DNA of 64,000 nt from Methanobacteriota archaeon. Lineage in GTDB: Archaea; Methanobacteriota; Methanobacteria; Methanobacteriales; Methanobacteriaceae. The notes below the pieces were generated by a model. The model was not told the DNA's origin and ran no database searches. It saw only the letters and a program-made list of their open reading frames with translations. Positions 43,869 to 55,146 of the stretch are shown here, piece after piece. The position numbers were made by a program, and so were the translations under genes. Numbering within the stretch: the first letter of the stretch is position 1; each line of letters starts with the position of its first letter. The stretch lies in the NCBI GenBank assembly GCA_963787255.1, contig CAWBCJ010000025.1, forward strand, positions 160,001 to 224,000. Reading direction: 5' to 3'.

Positions 43869-43997
43869 TTACTCTTCTTTTTTCATTGGTTGTTGGCAGC
43901 ATATTATTGCACATTCATCACAGCCACATGGCTCTTCTACAACTACAACCATTCCACATTCTTCACATTTATATTTTTCACCTTTTTCAGATGCCAT
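43869..43997 (-). CDS. 42-aa desulforedoxin-like Cys-rich protein (not in ORF track)
   Basis: MASEKGEKYKCEECGMVVVVEEPCGCDECAIICCQQPMKKEE*; AAGGTGAT SD 4-5 nt upstream. Confidence 0.85.
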   Translation of the reverse strand: MASEKGEKYKCEECGMVVVVEEPCGCDECAIICCQQPMKKEE

Positions 43998-44109
43998 TTT
44001 TATCACCTTTATATAGTTTTTAAAGTTAATTAGCTATAATTTATGTAAAGAATTATAAATTAACTTGATCATTAAAATTATAACATAGCTCATTGAAGGA
44101 TATTTTTCT

Positions 44110-44394
44110 ATGAAAGCAGTTAAAGAAATTGATGAAGGAATTTTGGTAGATATAGAAGTTTCTACAAAGTCAAATCAGTTTGAAATAGCAGGATATAATG
44201 AATGGAGAGAAAGAATTGAAATAAGAATAAAATCTTCACCCCTTAAAGGAAAAGCAAATAAAGAAATAATTAATGAATTCTCAAAACTTACAAAAAAAGA
44301 TGTAGAAATAACTTCTGGACATAAAAGCAGACAAAAGACTTTAAAAATATTCAAAATGTCTAAAGAGGAGTTTATAGATATCTTAGATATATAA
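44110..44394 (+). CDS. DUF167/YggU-family protein
   Basis: PLKGKANKEI and ITSGHKSRQK. Confidence 0.9.
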   Translation: MKAVKEIDEGILVDIEVSTKSNQFEIAGYNEWRERIEIRIKSSPLKGKANKEIINEFSKLTKKDVEITSGHKSRQKTLKIFKMSKEEFIDILDI

Positions 44395-44744
44395 AATAAA
44401 TTTCGTCATCATTTTATCTCTTAAACTACACTTTATTAGTAAATAGTTCCTAATTTATTATTTGCCACACTAATAATAATAGACAATATTAACTAAATTT
44501 TTATATATCCTGCTTATTAAATATTAATATTAAATTAATATGTGTTAAATAGATTAACGGCTCATAATAATATGATGATACAATTGGATAAAAGCAAAAA
44601 TTATTCAAGCAGTATAAAATCTATAAAAAAAATCATTTTGTATTAATAAATTAAAAAGGTTTATAAGACATTCTAGATTTAATATAAATGTTATAATTTT
44701 AAATTTATAAAATAATTCCATATTAAAGTGAAGGTGAATATAAA

Positions 44745-45590
44745 ATGAAAGCGGTGATACCAGCTGCTGGACTTGGTACTAGATTTTTACCAGCTACAAA
44801 AGCACAACCAAAGGAAATGTTACCAGTTTTTAATAAACCAACAATACAATACGTGGTAGAAGAAGCTGTGTCTTCTGGAATTGACGATATTTTAATAATA
44901 ACTGGAAAAGGAAAACGTTCTATAGAGGATCACTTTGATAGGGCTTTTGAACTGGAATATTTCCTAAAAAATGGCGGTAAAACTGATTATCTCAAAGAAG
45001 TAGAATCTATATCTGAACTTGCAGATATTTATTACGTCAGACAAAAACAGCAGAAAGGACTTGGAGATGCAATATCTTGTGCTAAAAAACACATTGACGG
45101 TGAAGCATTTGCAGTTTTACTAGGTGATACCATTGCCCAATCAGAAATTCCATGCACTAAACAGCTTATGAACGTATATGACAAGTATAAATCCACAGTA
45201 ATTGCCATAGAAGAAGTTCCTGACGAAAGAGTGGAAAGATATGGTATTATAAATGGTAAAAAAATAGAGGATTCGCTTTATAAAATTGAAGATCTAGTAG
45301 AAAAACCTAAATTGGAAGATGCACCATCAAATTTAGGAATTATAGGAAGATACATATTAGCTCCAGAGATATTTGATCATATTAATGAAATTCCTCCAGG
45401 TGTTGGAGGCGAAATTCAGCTTACAGATGCTTTAAGACTTTTTGAAGAAAGTTACGGCTGCATATTCGACGGTAAAATCCATGATATTGGAAATACAGTT
45501 GACTGGCTTAAAAGTTCCATTGAAATTGCATTAGAAGATGATAAAGTGAACATAGAGCTAAGAGAATATTTAATGAATATTTTAAAATAA
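44745..45590 (+). CDS. galU: UTP-glucose-1-phosphate uridylyltransferase
   Basis: KAVIPAAGLGTRFLPATKAQPKEMLP, VEKP and GEIQLTDAL. Confidence 0.95.
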   Translation: MKAVIPAAGLGTRFLPATKAQPKEMLPVFNKPTIQYVVEEAVSSGIDDILIITGKGKRSIEDHFDRAFELEYFLKNGGKTDYLKEVESISELADIYYVRQKQQKGLGDAISCAKKHIDGEAFAVLLGDTIAQSEIPCTKQLMNVYDKYKSTVIAIEEVPDERVERYGIINGKKIEDSLYKIEDLVEKPKLEDAPSNLGIIGRYILAPEIFDHINEIPPGVGGEIQLTDALRLFEESYGCIFDGKIHDIGNTVDWLKSSIEIALEDDKVNIELREYLMNILK

Positions 45591-45733
45591 CTTAACATAA
45601 TTTTATTCATTGAACTACTTCTTTTTTTTAACTGATATAAACAGATATATAAGTTATAATCATAAATTGACATTATAATTAACTATTTATGATTTTAAAT
45701 ATTATTCTAAAAAAATAATGAAAAAGTGATTTT

Positions 45734-46861
45734 ATGATGATTTCAATTGTTATTCCTGCATTAAATGAAGAAGGGATTGTCGGTAAGACCGTCAAATCAG
45801 TTCCAGTAGAAAAATTAAGGAAAAATGGACTTGATGTGGAGATAGTTGTAGTAAATAATGCATCAACTGATAACACTGCCCAGGAAGCTAGTGAAGCTGG
45901 GGCAAGAGTAGTACTAGGGAAAAAGAGAGGATATGGAAACGCTTATTTAAAGGGATTTAGTGAAGCCAAAGGAGATATAATTGTAATGGGAGATGCAGAT
46001 GGCACATATCCCTTTGAAATAACATATGAATTCATTCAACCTATTTTAAAAGGAGAAGCAGACTTTGTAATGGGTTCCCGGCTTAAAGGAGATATAAAAA
46101 AAGGAGCAATGCCAGCATTACATAGATATATAGGAAACCCATTCCTCACATGGATGTTAAACAGTTTATTCGGAGCAGGGATTTCTGACTCTCATTGTGG
46201 GATGCGAGCCCTAAAAAAAGAAACAATAAAAAAATTAGACCTTAAAAGCGGTGGAATGGAATTTGCCTCAGAAATGGTCATTGAAGCAGCTCGTAAAAAC
46301 ATTAAAATAGCTGAAATTCCAATTAATTACTATCCACGAGAAGGGGAATCCAAACTAAGCTCTTTTGCAGACGGATGGAGGCATCTAAGATTCATGATGC
46401 TTTACAGGCCAACACCATTTCTTCTTGGGCCAGGAATTATAGTTTTAATTTTAGGAATAACCCTAACTTTAGGAGTTGCACTTGGATTTCAATCAAGATT
46501 ACACACATTTATTCTGGGTAGTCTTCTTCTTATAATTGGATACCAGATGCTTCTAGCATGGATACAATTCGGAGCATTTGGAGAGGTATATGGAATTACA
46601 AAAACTTCTCCAACAATAAAAAAAATTATGAATTACCATTCACTTGGACGAGAATTAGGTTTAGGCCTGATCCTTCTCCTTGCAGGAGTAGCTGTTGGAC
46701 TTAAGGTCCTATTTAGCTGGAGTGCAGGTGGATTCGGAGCTCTTTCTCAGATACAGTATTCTATAATGGCTCTTATATTATCTATCCTTGGAATTCAAAC
46801 AATTTTCTCCGGAATGTTCTTGAGCTTGCTGTTATTGAATTACGATGAAGAATCAGACTGA
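45734..46861 (+). CDS. GT2 polyprenol-phosphate glycosyltransferase (DPM1-like) with C-terminal TM helices
   Basis: [25 protein letters not shown] and GESKL. Confidence 0.88.
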   Translation: MMISIVIPALNEEGIVGKTVKSVPVEKLRKNGLDVEIVVVNNASTDNTAQEASEAGARVVLGKKRGYGNAYLKGFSEAKGDIIVMGDADGTYPFEITYEFIQPILKGEADFVMGSRLKGDIKKGAMPALHRYIGNPFLTWMLNSLFGAGISDSHCGMRALKKETIKKLDLKSGGMEFASEMVIEAARKNIKIAEIPINYYPREGESKLSSFADGWRHLRFMMLYRPTPFLLGPGIIVLILGITLTLGVALGFQSRLHTFILGSLLLIIGYQMLLAWIQFGAFGEVYGITKTSPTIKKIMNYHSLGRELGLGLILLLAGVAVGLKVLFSWSAGGFGALSQIQYSIMALILSILGIQTIFSGMFLSLLLLNYDEESD

Positions 46862-46984
46862 TTTTAAGGTTCTGATGAAAATTTCTTTATTTATTCGTTA
46901 TTTACCATTTTATTAGAAGTAGAATAAAAAAAATGAACATATAAGAATTAGCAAAAAGCTTTCTAAAAGAGATAAGGGGATATT

Positions 46985-47884
46985 ATGAAATTTGATATAA
47001 GTGTGATACTTCTAACAAAAAATGGAGGTATTAGACTACGACATTTAATGGAAAGCTTAAAAAAGCAAAAATTTCAAGGTAATGTAGAAATAATTGCAGT
47101 AGATTCTGGTTCAGAAGATAATACAATAAAAATTTTAGAAGAATATGAAGCTAAAATATTTCAAATAAATCCTGAAGAATTCCATCATAGTAAAACAAGA
47201 AATTTTGGAGCTGAAAAATCAAATGGCAAAGTTTTAATCTATTTAACCCAAGATGCATTGCCTTTAAATGATCATCTTTTTGAAGATTTATTAAAACCAT
47301 TAACTAAAGATAATGCTTCTGCAACCTATGGGAGACAAATAGCTAATCTTGATGCTAAAAAAGTAGATAAATTTTTTTATTCTTATTTTTATCCTGAAAA
47401 AAGAAAAATTTTAAAGAAAAGATTGATAAAAAATCCTAGAAAATTTTATATAGAAAACGTTTTTATATCTGATGTATGTTCAGCTATAAAAAGAGAAATA
47501 TGGGAAAAAATAGGGTTTCAAGACGATGTTCCCATGGCCGAAGATAAAGATTTTGCTCTAAGAGTCTTGAAAGCAGGATATAAAATTGTTTATGAGCCTA
47601 AAGCTGCTGTATATCATTCTCATAACTATACTTTAGCTTCACTATTTAAAAGGCGATTTAAAGATGGAGGTGCATTTTCAAATATTGCACTTCAAGGTGA
47701 AGGAAATTTTGTAAAAAAAGGATTAAATTATTTTATAGAGGAAATAAAGTTTTTTTTAAGGAATAAATACTTTGCAGCATTAATTTATGCTTTAGTATAC
47801 AATTTTGTATATTTCTTTGGATTTCAACTTGGAACTTATGAAAAAAAAATACCAAATTTCATTAAGGATAAAATATCTGAATAA
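46985..47884 (+). CDS. GT2 glycosyltransferase (rhamnosyltransferase-like)
   Basis: VDSGSED, FHHSKTRN, LTQDA, YGRQ, AED and VYHSH. Confidence 0.85.
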   Translation: MKFDISVILLTKNGGIRLRHLMESLKKQKFQGNVEIIAVDSGSEDNTIKILEEYEAKIFQINPEEFHHSKTRNFGAEKSNGKVLIYLTQDALPLNDHLFEDLLKPLTKDNASATYGRQIANLDAKKVDKFFYSYFYPEKRKILKKRLIKNPRKFYIENVFISDVCSAIKREIWEKIGFQDDVPMAEDKDFALRVLKAGYKIVYEPKAAVYHSHNYTLASLFKRRFKDGGAFSNIALQGEGNFVKKGLNYFIEEIKFFLRNKYFAALIYALVYNFVYFFGFQLGTYEKKIPNFIKDKISE

Positions 47885-48013
47885 TTGGTTAAAAATAAAA
47901 TCAAAAGGTTTATTGCCCATCAAAAACTTAAAATATACTCAAATTCTCAATTAATTATCAATTCCGTCAATTTTATCAATTCAGTTTATTACATAAATGG
48001 AGATTTAAAAAAA

Positions 48014-49285
48014 ATGAAAGTTGCCTATATAGCACCCCAATATCTTCCAAGTACAAGTGGGGATGTAAGAGAATTACATAACATTGCTAGTAAAATAAAT
48101 AATATAAAAGCTACTGTTTTCACTACTGACGCTGGCTCTGAAGACGCTATTTTTTCAAATAAAGGTGTAATCAAAAAAGAGAAAATTGAATTTATAGACG
48201 GTGTTGAAATCAGAAGATATCCAATTGAAATGAGATTTCTATCGTTTTTTAAATTTTTAGCAAACAAAGATCGGTTCATGAAAAGCACGGACGAAATAAA
48301 TGATTATATTAAAAATTTTAAAAGTAATAAATTTACAAATTTTATAGAAACTTTAGTTCCAAGCCCTCCAATTTCAAGAAAACTGTATAAAAGCCTGTTA
48401 CAGGCAAAAGATTACGATTTGTATCACGTTTACGGAATTCCATTAAGCCATGCTTTATATGCTTACAAAGCTTCTATAAAAAATAAAATTCCACTTTTGA
48501 TAAACCCTGCTTTTCATACTTCAGATAAATTTTATTATAAAAACTCAAATTTTAAAATCCTAAAACATGCAGACGCCATAATAGCTAATACAGCTGCAGA
48601 AATCAGAGTTTATGAATCATTTGGTGTTGATCCAAATAAAATTCATGTAGTAGGATGCGGAATTGACCTGGAATCATATTCTAATCCTAACAATTCTGAA
48701 ATTAAAAAAATAAAAGATAAATATTCATTTGAAGAATACGAACTAAATTTACTTTTTCTAAGTCGTTTACAAAAGGAAAAGGGAATATTCAACGTCATAG
48801 AATCAGTAATTAAATTAAACAAAGAAAATAAGAAAGTACAATTATTGATTGCTGGATCAAACTACGAAAATAATTCTGAAATTATTAAAAATCTTAGCAG
48901 AAAACATGATTTTATAAAATATTTAGGACGTATTTCAGAAGAAAAAAAGATAAATATTATGCATGCTTGTGATGCTCTAACTGTTCCTTCAATTGTAGAT
49001 TCATTTGGTATAATTTACATAGAAAGTTGGGCATGTAAAAAACCCATTATTGGTGCGGATATTCCATCTACTAGATCTTTAATTTCCTATGGAAAGGATG
49101 GATTCTATACTAAATATAATGATAATGATTCTTTAATCGAAAAAATTGAATATTTCTTAGAAAATCCTGACGAAATAACCACGATGGGAAATAATGGATA
49201 TGCAAAAGTTAAAAAAAATTATGTTGATAAAGAAATTTTTAAGAAAACTTATCAAATATACATGAAAATTATAAATCAATATTAA
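48014..49285 (+). CDS. GT4 glycosyltransferase
   Basis: FLSRL..EKG, DSFGIIYIESW; ATG at 48014 follows GGAG. Confidence 0.85.
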   Translation: MKVAYIAPQYLPSTSGDVRELHNIASKINNIKATVFTTDAGSEDAIFSNKGVIKKEKIEFIDGVEIRRYPIEMRFLSFFKFLANKDRFMKSTDEINDYIKNFKSNKFTNFIETLVPSPPISRKLYKSLLQAKDYDLYHVYGIPLSHALYAYKASIKNKIPLLINPAFHTSDKFYYKNSNFKILKHADAIIANTAAEIRVYESFGVDPNKIHVVGCGIDLESYSNPNNSEIKKIKDKYSFEEYELNLLFLSRLQKEKGIFNVIESVIKLNKENKKVQLLIAGSNYENNSEIIKNLSRKHDFIKYLGRISEEKKINIMHACDALTVPSIVDSFGIIYIESWACKKPIIGADIPSTRSLISYGKDGFYTKYNDNDSLIEKIEYFLENPDEITTMGNNGYAKVKKNYVDKEIFKKTYQIYMKIINQY

Positions 49286-49318
49286 AGTTAGATTTATAAT
49301 GGAAACAGGGATGATTTA

Positions 49319-50534
49319 GTGAAGATCTGTATGATATCCAGTTTGTATCCCCCGTTTATAATGGGTGGTGCTGAAATAAGTGTTAGAAGAATAGTGGAAA
49401 AATTATTGGAAAGGGGTCATGAAGTTTTAGTTATCACAACAAGTCCTGATAATGAATTACACATAGAAAAAAAAGATAAATTAAAAATTTATAGGATCAA
49501 TCCGCTAAATCTTTATGCTTTTTATAGTTTTAAGAATAAATCAAATTTTCAAAGACTTATTTGGCATATATTTGATTTATGGAATCCTACTTCCTATAAA
49601 CTTGTCAAAAACATTTTAAATGAAGAAAAACCGGATGTTGTACATGTACACAATTTTAAAGGACTTTCAAGTTCAATATTTAGAGCTATTAGCAGCTTAA
49701 AATTGCCTACTTTATTTACCATGCATGATTGTTCATTGATATGTCCCAGATCTAATCTATTAAATGGTAATGGAGAAAAATGTGTTAAGCCAAATAAATT
49801 ATGTATTTTATACGGTAAATTTCAAAAATTTTCTATAGAAAACAATGTTAATTGTGTTAATGCACCGTCTCAATTCATAATAAATAAAATTAAAAGTTAT
49901 GGATTCTTTAAAAATGTTAAAAATATTAAAACTCCTCTTGGTATTGAAATTACTAATGAAAAATCAAAAAAGAATTATGAAATTATAGATATACTATATG
50001 TAGGCTCCCTTAGTCTACATAAAGGAGTCCACATTCTAATAAATGCATTTAAAAAATTAAAACAGGAGAATATCCGACTTCATATTGTTGGTGAAGGAGC
50101 AGATGCAGAATCACTGAAGAATATGGCAGATAATGATAAAAGAATAACTTTCCATGGTTATAGGGAGAGTGAAGAACTCTTTAATTTTTATAAAAAAGCA
50201 AATATCACAATTGTACCATCTATTTGCTATGATAACTCCCCAATGGTAATTTATGAGAGTTTAATGCAGGGAACTCCTGTTATTGGAAGTAGAATTGGCG
50301 GAATTCCAGAACTGATTGAAGAAGGATATAATGGGTTTTTATTTGAACCAGATAATATTGATGAATTAGAAAAAATACTCAGTAATCTGACCAAAAGATC
50401 CTTCCAGATTAAAAAAATTGGAAAATGGCGCTTTTGATTCTGGAAAAAAATATGACATGGATATGCACATACAAAAGTTAGAACAATTATATGAAAGTTT
50501 ATTAACATCTAAAAATACTGAGAAAATAACTTAA
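49319..50534 (+). pseudogene. GT4 glycosyltransferase with a +1 frameshift near the C-terminus
   Basis: GGAE, HDCSLICP, KG and DNSPMVIYE; removing one A at 50393-50396 restores TKDPSRLKKLENGAFDSGKKYDM..LEQLYE through TAA at 50534. Confidence 0.8.
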
Positions 50535-50653
50535 AATAAAATTAAAATGATCTATAAAGTTCTTATTTTCATGATATTATTCAAATAATTTATTCAGTAA
50601 TCGAAGAGATACATTTAAATTGGCAAAACAGTTGAAAACATTGGAGAATAGAT

Positions 50654-52789
50654 ATGAATTCATGGTTTATTAATAAATTTTTAAATATTAAGGGTAGAGA
50701 ATTCTTTTTATTGATAGTTTTAACGCTATTTTTAACAGATATCTCAATACTCTTGAACATTCCAGGATTTAGAGAAATTCTTTCATTTGTTTATTTCACT
50801 GTAGTTCCAGGGATGTTAATTCTCCTTATTCTTAAGCAGAATAAAATAGAATTTCTAAAGAAATTCGTTTTATGGGTTGGATTAAGTGTTGCATTCTTAA
50901 TGCTTGTTGGATTGGGTCTCAATACTCTTTATCCTACAATTTTAGAACCATTATCCTTAGATCCAGTGCTATTATCACTAAACTTTGCCATAATAGTACT
51001 GGCTATCATTGCTTATAAACGAAATGAGAAAGATTTTGATATTAAGGAATTTTTAAATGTAAAATTAGATTTAAAAAATAAACTGAATTTTCCAGTGTTA
51101 ATACCTCTCCTGTTCCCATTTATGATGATATTTGGGACTTATTTGATGAACATCCAAGGAAATAATGTTATTTTGCTTATAACTCTCTTCTTGATTATGC
51201 TGTATATAGTATTACTGGTTTACTTAAAGGATAAAGTTCCCAATGCCACTTATCCGTTATCGATATTAATGATTGGGATAAGTTTGCTGTTTCTGCATGG
51301 ATTAAGCTCTGCCCATTTGATGGGTAGAGATATTCATAAGGAATTTTACTGCTTTCAATTAACATTGAACAGTTTTCACTGGGATGCATCGGCTTTTTAT
51401 GATACATTTAACGTGTGTCTCAGTATTACAATACTCCCCACAATTTACAAGGTTTTGTCAAATATTAATGGAGAGTATATTTTCAAAGTATTCTTTGCAT
51501 TATTAGGTGCTGTAAGTCCTCTGGCAATATATCTTATTTCTAAAAAATATGTAGGGATAAAATATGCATTTTTTGCTTCATTACTGTTCATGTCCCTGGC
51601 TTTCTTTATAAATTCTATGGGTAGTGTAAGACAGGTTATAGCAATGATTTTCTTTTTTATAGCGGTGTTTGTTCTTTTCGATACTGAAATGAATGATTTA
51701 TCCAGAAAAATTATATTTTTAATATTAATGATCGCAACAGTTCTTTCACACTATACTACTGCTTATATAGCCTTTGCTTTAACTGTACCCATATTATTGA
51801 TGCCATTTTTAAAGAGTGTTTTCAATAAACTATTAAAAAAAGGAAAAAAGATTGACTTTACTAATTTTAGCATTATCATTCCATTTTTAGCCTTTGTTTT
51901 CATCTGGTACTTTATAGTTGCTCAGGTTCAATTAAACGCAGGCACTGATTTGATTTTGCGTACAGTTGGAGTATCAGAAGTTACTGGAACTAGCGATGTT
52001 GTGGTGTATAAAACAGATAGTATGGTTCTAAACATGTTAGGTATGGGATTTAGATCCGTTCCAAATATAATAAGTACTTTCGTTCATGACGCTGTTTTTA
52101 TAATGATTTTAATTGGTTTACTGGTATTAATCTGGAAATATAATTATTATAAGGAGAAGTTAGATAAAGGTTATATTCTGGGAATATTTATTTCCCTAAT
52201 TTTATTGATATTAATAGTGGTAACTCCATATTTATCAGTTGGTTATGGTGCTGAAAGGTTATTTATACAAACACTGGCATTTTTAGCGCCACTTTTTATA
52301 ATAGGCACTCTTAAATTTGCCAAAGTTATAAAAATGCCTAAAGCAGGCATCTTGATAATGTTAGTTTTAGTATTGTCACTTTTTTCAGTTAACACATATT
52401 TAACATATCATTTTTATGGTACTCCTCATTCACCATACATTGAAAATGATGGTAGCTTTAGAGACGAGTATTATATTTATGATCAGGAGATTATAGCTGC
52501 AAAATGGGTAAAAGATTATGGCGAAAATGGCTCAAAAATTTATACGGATGCCATTGGATACTCAAGATTTATGCTTGCATTTGAGCCTGGTTTCCCGGAT
52601 ATTAACTCATTTTCTGTTAGAAATATTGTTTTTAAGAATGGTTATACATATTTAGGTTATGCAAATATTAGAAAAGGTATAATTTATCCAACTTTGGAGA
52701 ACCCGAAGGATAGAAAAAGTTACAATTATGTCTTTAAAGATAAAAGCAAAATTTATGATAATGCATATGGAGAGATATACTTTGACTAA
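50654..52789 (+). CDS. DUF2206-like polytopic membrane protein (GT-C/Wzy-like)
   Basis: Many TM segments; VPG, GLS, GRDIHKE, LSHYTT, ERLF and C-terminal KIYDN. Confidence 0.78.
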   Translation: MNSWFINKFLNIKGREFFLLIVLTLFLTDISILLNIPGFREILSFVYFTVVPGMLILLILKQNKIEFLKKFVLWVGLSVAFLMLVGLGLNTLYPTILEPLSLDPVLLSLNFAIIVLAIIAYKRNEKDFDIKEFLNVKLDLKNKLNFPVLIPLLFPFMMIFGTYLMNIQGNNVILLITLFLIMLYIVLLVYLKDKVPNATYPLSILMIGISLLFLHGLSSAHLMGRDIHKEFYCFQLTLNSFHWDASAFYDTFNVCLSITILPTIYKVLSNINGEYIFKVFFALLGAVSPLAIYLISKKYVGIKYAFFASLLFMSLAFFINSMGSVRQVIAMIFFFIAVFVLFDTEMNDLSRKIIFLILMIATVLSHYTTAYIAFALTVPILLMPFLKSVFNKLLKKGKKIDFTNFSIIIPFLAFVFIWYFIVAQVQLNAGTDLILRTVGVSEVTGTSDVVVYKTDSMVLNMLGMGFRSVPNIISTFVHDAVFIMILIGLLVLIWKYNYYKEKLDKGYILGIFISLILLILIVVTPYLSVGYGAERLFIQTLAFLAPLFIIGTLKFAKVIKMPKAGILIMLVLVLSLFSVNTYLTYHFYGTPHSPYIENDGSFRDEYYIYDQEIIAAKWVKDYGENGSKIYTDAIGYSRFMLAFEPGFPDINSFSVRNIVFKNGYTYLGYANIRKGIIYPTLENPKDRKSYNYVFKDKSKIYDNAYGEIYFD

Positions 52790-53922
52790 AATACTTTTTA
52801 TACATAACACTGCAATGTGGTACAGAATACCTTTCTTCAACTTCTTAAGCGAAATATATGATATTGAATTTGTATTTACGCATTTACACGTTTCTAAAGA
52901 AATATACAATGTTAAAATATCAGATAAAATCTCTGGTCTTGAAAATGTTAATTATAAAGCTCTGAAAAATTACTTTGGCATAGCGTTTGGAGTAATCAAA
53001 GAATCTTTTGGGGATTATGATATAATGGTAGGTGGAAGCTATGATACACTTTCTGAATTAATTGAAACACTCTTTCACTCTACTATTGCCAAAATTAGGG
53101 GTAAGAAAGTTATAATATGGAGAGAAGATTGGGGATGGAAAGCACAATCGCTTCAAAAGACCATGGCGATGCCTTTAATTAAATTTGTCCTTAGAATTTC
53201 AGATGCAGTACTTGTACCGGGCATTAAACATAGAGAATACTTTATTTCTTTAGGTGTTCCTCCGGAAAGGATTTTTTTAATGCCAAATGTTAGTAATGTA
53301 ATAGTTAATAATGAATCTTACAAAATGAAGGATGAATTAAAGGAAAAAAATGAATTTAAAGATAAAAAAGTGATTTTATACGTTGGACGTCTGGTAAAGA
53401 GGAAAGGAGTAGATTACTTAATTAAAGCATTTAATGATTCTCCAGAACAATATGAAAGACGTAATACTTGTAATTGTAGGAGAAGGAGAATCCAGATCTG
53501 AATTAAAAGAACTTTCTGAAAGTCTCGGTATCTCCGATAAAGTGGAATTCGTTGGTCAAGTAAAAAATGAAGAATTATCTTCTTTTTATCTTCTCTGTGA
53601 TATCTGTGTTATTCCATCAATAACCTATGGACTAGGTGATCCATGGGTTTTTGTTTTAAACGAGGCTATGTATTTTGGAAAACCAGTTATAGCAACTGAT
53701 GCTGTTGGAGCTGCATTCGATATGATTGAAAACGATAAAAATGGATTTTTGGTTCCTGAAAAGAATTCTGATGCAATATATGAAGCTATGAAAACAATAT
53801 TATCTGATGAAGATTTAGAAAAAAGTATGGGAAAAAGGTCCAGAAAGATAATTGAAGAAGGATTTCAGCACGAAAATATGGTTAATGGGTTTAAAATAGC
53901 TATAGACTATGTAACAGACTAA
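52782..53922 (+). pseudogene. GT4 glycosyltransferase split by a +1 frameshift
   Basis: YRIPFF, YVGRLVKRKG and DPWVFVLNEAM; removing one base at 53430-53434 joins ORFs 52728.. and 53434.. Confidence 0.82.
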
Positions 53923-53982
53923 TTCACTCCTTAATACATAATTATCAAACAATTAAAATTTAAATTTATAATGGTGTTTAAA

Positions 53983-55116
53983 ATGTCAAAAATAGTACTA
54001 TCAAAAAGTTCCTTCCCGCCTATTTGTGGTGATGGGGCGAGATTATTCCATATTATAACAAGATTCCAAGATAAATCTAAGGTTTTAGTATTCAGCAGTC
54101 CTTATGGTGCTACTCAGGTAACTGAGAAAAATTATGGTAAGGTTGAAGTTAAAAAAATTCGCACAGGACCTAAAGATTTATTTAAAGTCAATGAAAATAT
54201 GAAAGAATTAACAAGTAAAGATGAACTGATTATTTATGCAATGCAGCCTGATTTATTGTTTTTAATATCCAGCATAATTAATGTTAAAAAAGAAGGTGTT
54301 AAAATAGTGGTGGATGTGGAAGATATGCCCACATATGCTAATAACTATCCTTACAACTTATTTAATTTTTACATAAAGAACAGATATAAAAAAGTTCTCA
54401 ATATCGCGGATAAAATAATTTGCATCTCAGAATATCTAAAAAGTGAAATAATATCTGATTTCAACATTAACTGCGAAAAAATTGAAGTAATTCATAACGG
54501 AGTTGATATGTCTTTTTTTAGTAGGGACAATGAAGCTAGAAAAACATTGAGAAAGAAATTTGGTGTCCAGGATGATGATGTAGTTTTCATATATTCTGGA
54601 GCTATTGTTGATTGGTCTGGCGTGATTTCTTCTTTAGATTCGTTTAAAGATGCTATTGAAGAAAATCCAAAAATTAAGGTATTTTTCATTGGAAATGGAG
54701 ATATTGAGGACCTTAAAAATAAAATTAAAGAATTAAAATTAGAGAACAATGCTAAATATTTAGGTTATTATCCCTTTGAAAAAATGCCTGAGCTTACTTC
54801 TATTGGGGATGTTGGTTTGCTTCCCTTTAAAAAAGATCCTTTAACTGAGGCAGCATCGCCAATAAAGATTTTTGAATATATGAGTGTGGGAATGCCTGTG
54901 ATTTCTACAGATATGATGGGAACTAAGGAAGTAATAAAAGATGGTTATAATGGAATTCTGGTAACAGATAAAGCAGAGCTTGTATCTGCAATTCTTAAAA
55001 TATCTGAAGATAAAGATTTTTACGACAAATTGAAGGAAAATAGTTTTGAAACTGTAAAGATGTATGATTGGGCAGTTTTAGCTAAAAGATTTGAAGATAT
55101 AGTTGATAATGCCTAA
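53983..55116 (+). CDS. GT4 glycosyltransferase
   Basis: IHNGVD and SPIKIFEYMSVGMPVIST. Confidence 0.88.
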   Translation: MSKIVLSKSSFPPICGDGARLFHIITRFQDKSKVLVFSSPYGATQVTEKNYGKVEVKKIRTGPKDLFKVNENMKELTSKDELIIYAMQPDLLFLISSIINVKKEGVKIVVDVEDMPTYANNYPYNLFNFYIKNRYKKVLNIADKIICISEYLKSEIISDFNINCEKIEVIHNGVDMSFFSRDNEARKTLRKKFGVQDDDVVFIYSGAIVDWSGVISSLDSFKDAIEENPKIKVFFIGNGDIEDLKNKIKELKLENNAKYLGYYPFEKMPELTSIGDVGLLPFKKDPLTEAASPIKIFEYMSVGMPVISTDMMGTKEVIKDGYNGILVTDKAELVSAILKISEDKDFYDKLKENSFETVKMYDWAVLAKRFEDIVDNA

Positions 55117-55146
55117 AAATATGTTTTTTGATTAAATTGAACTAGT

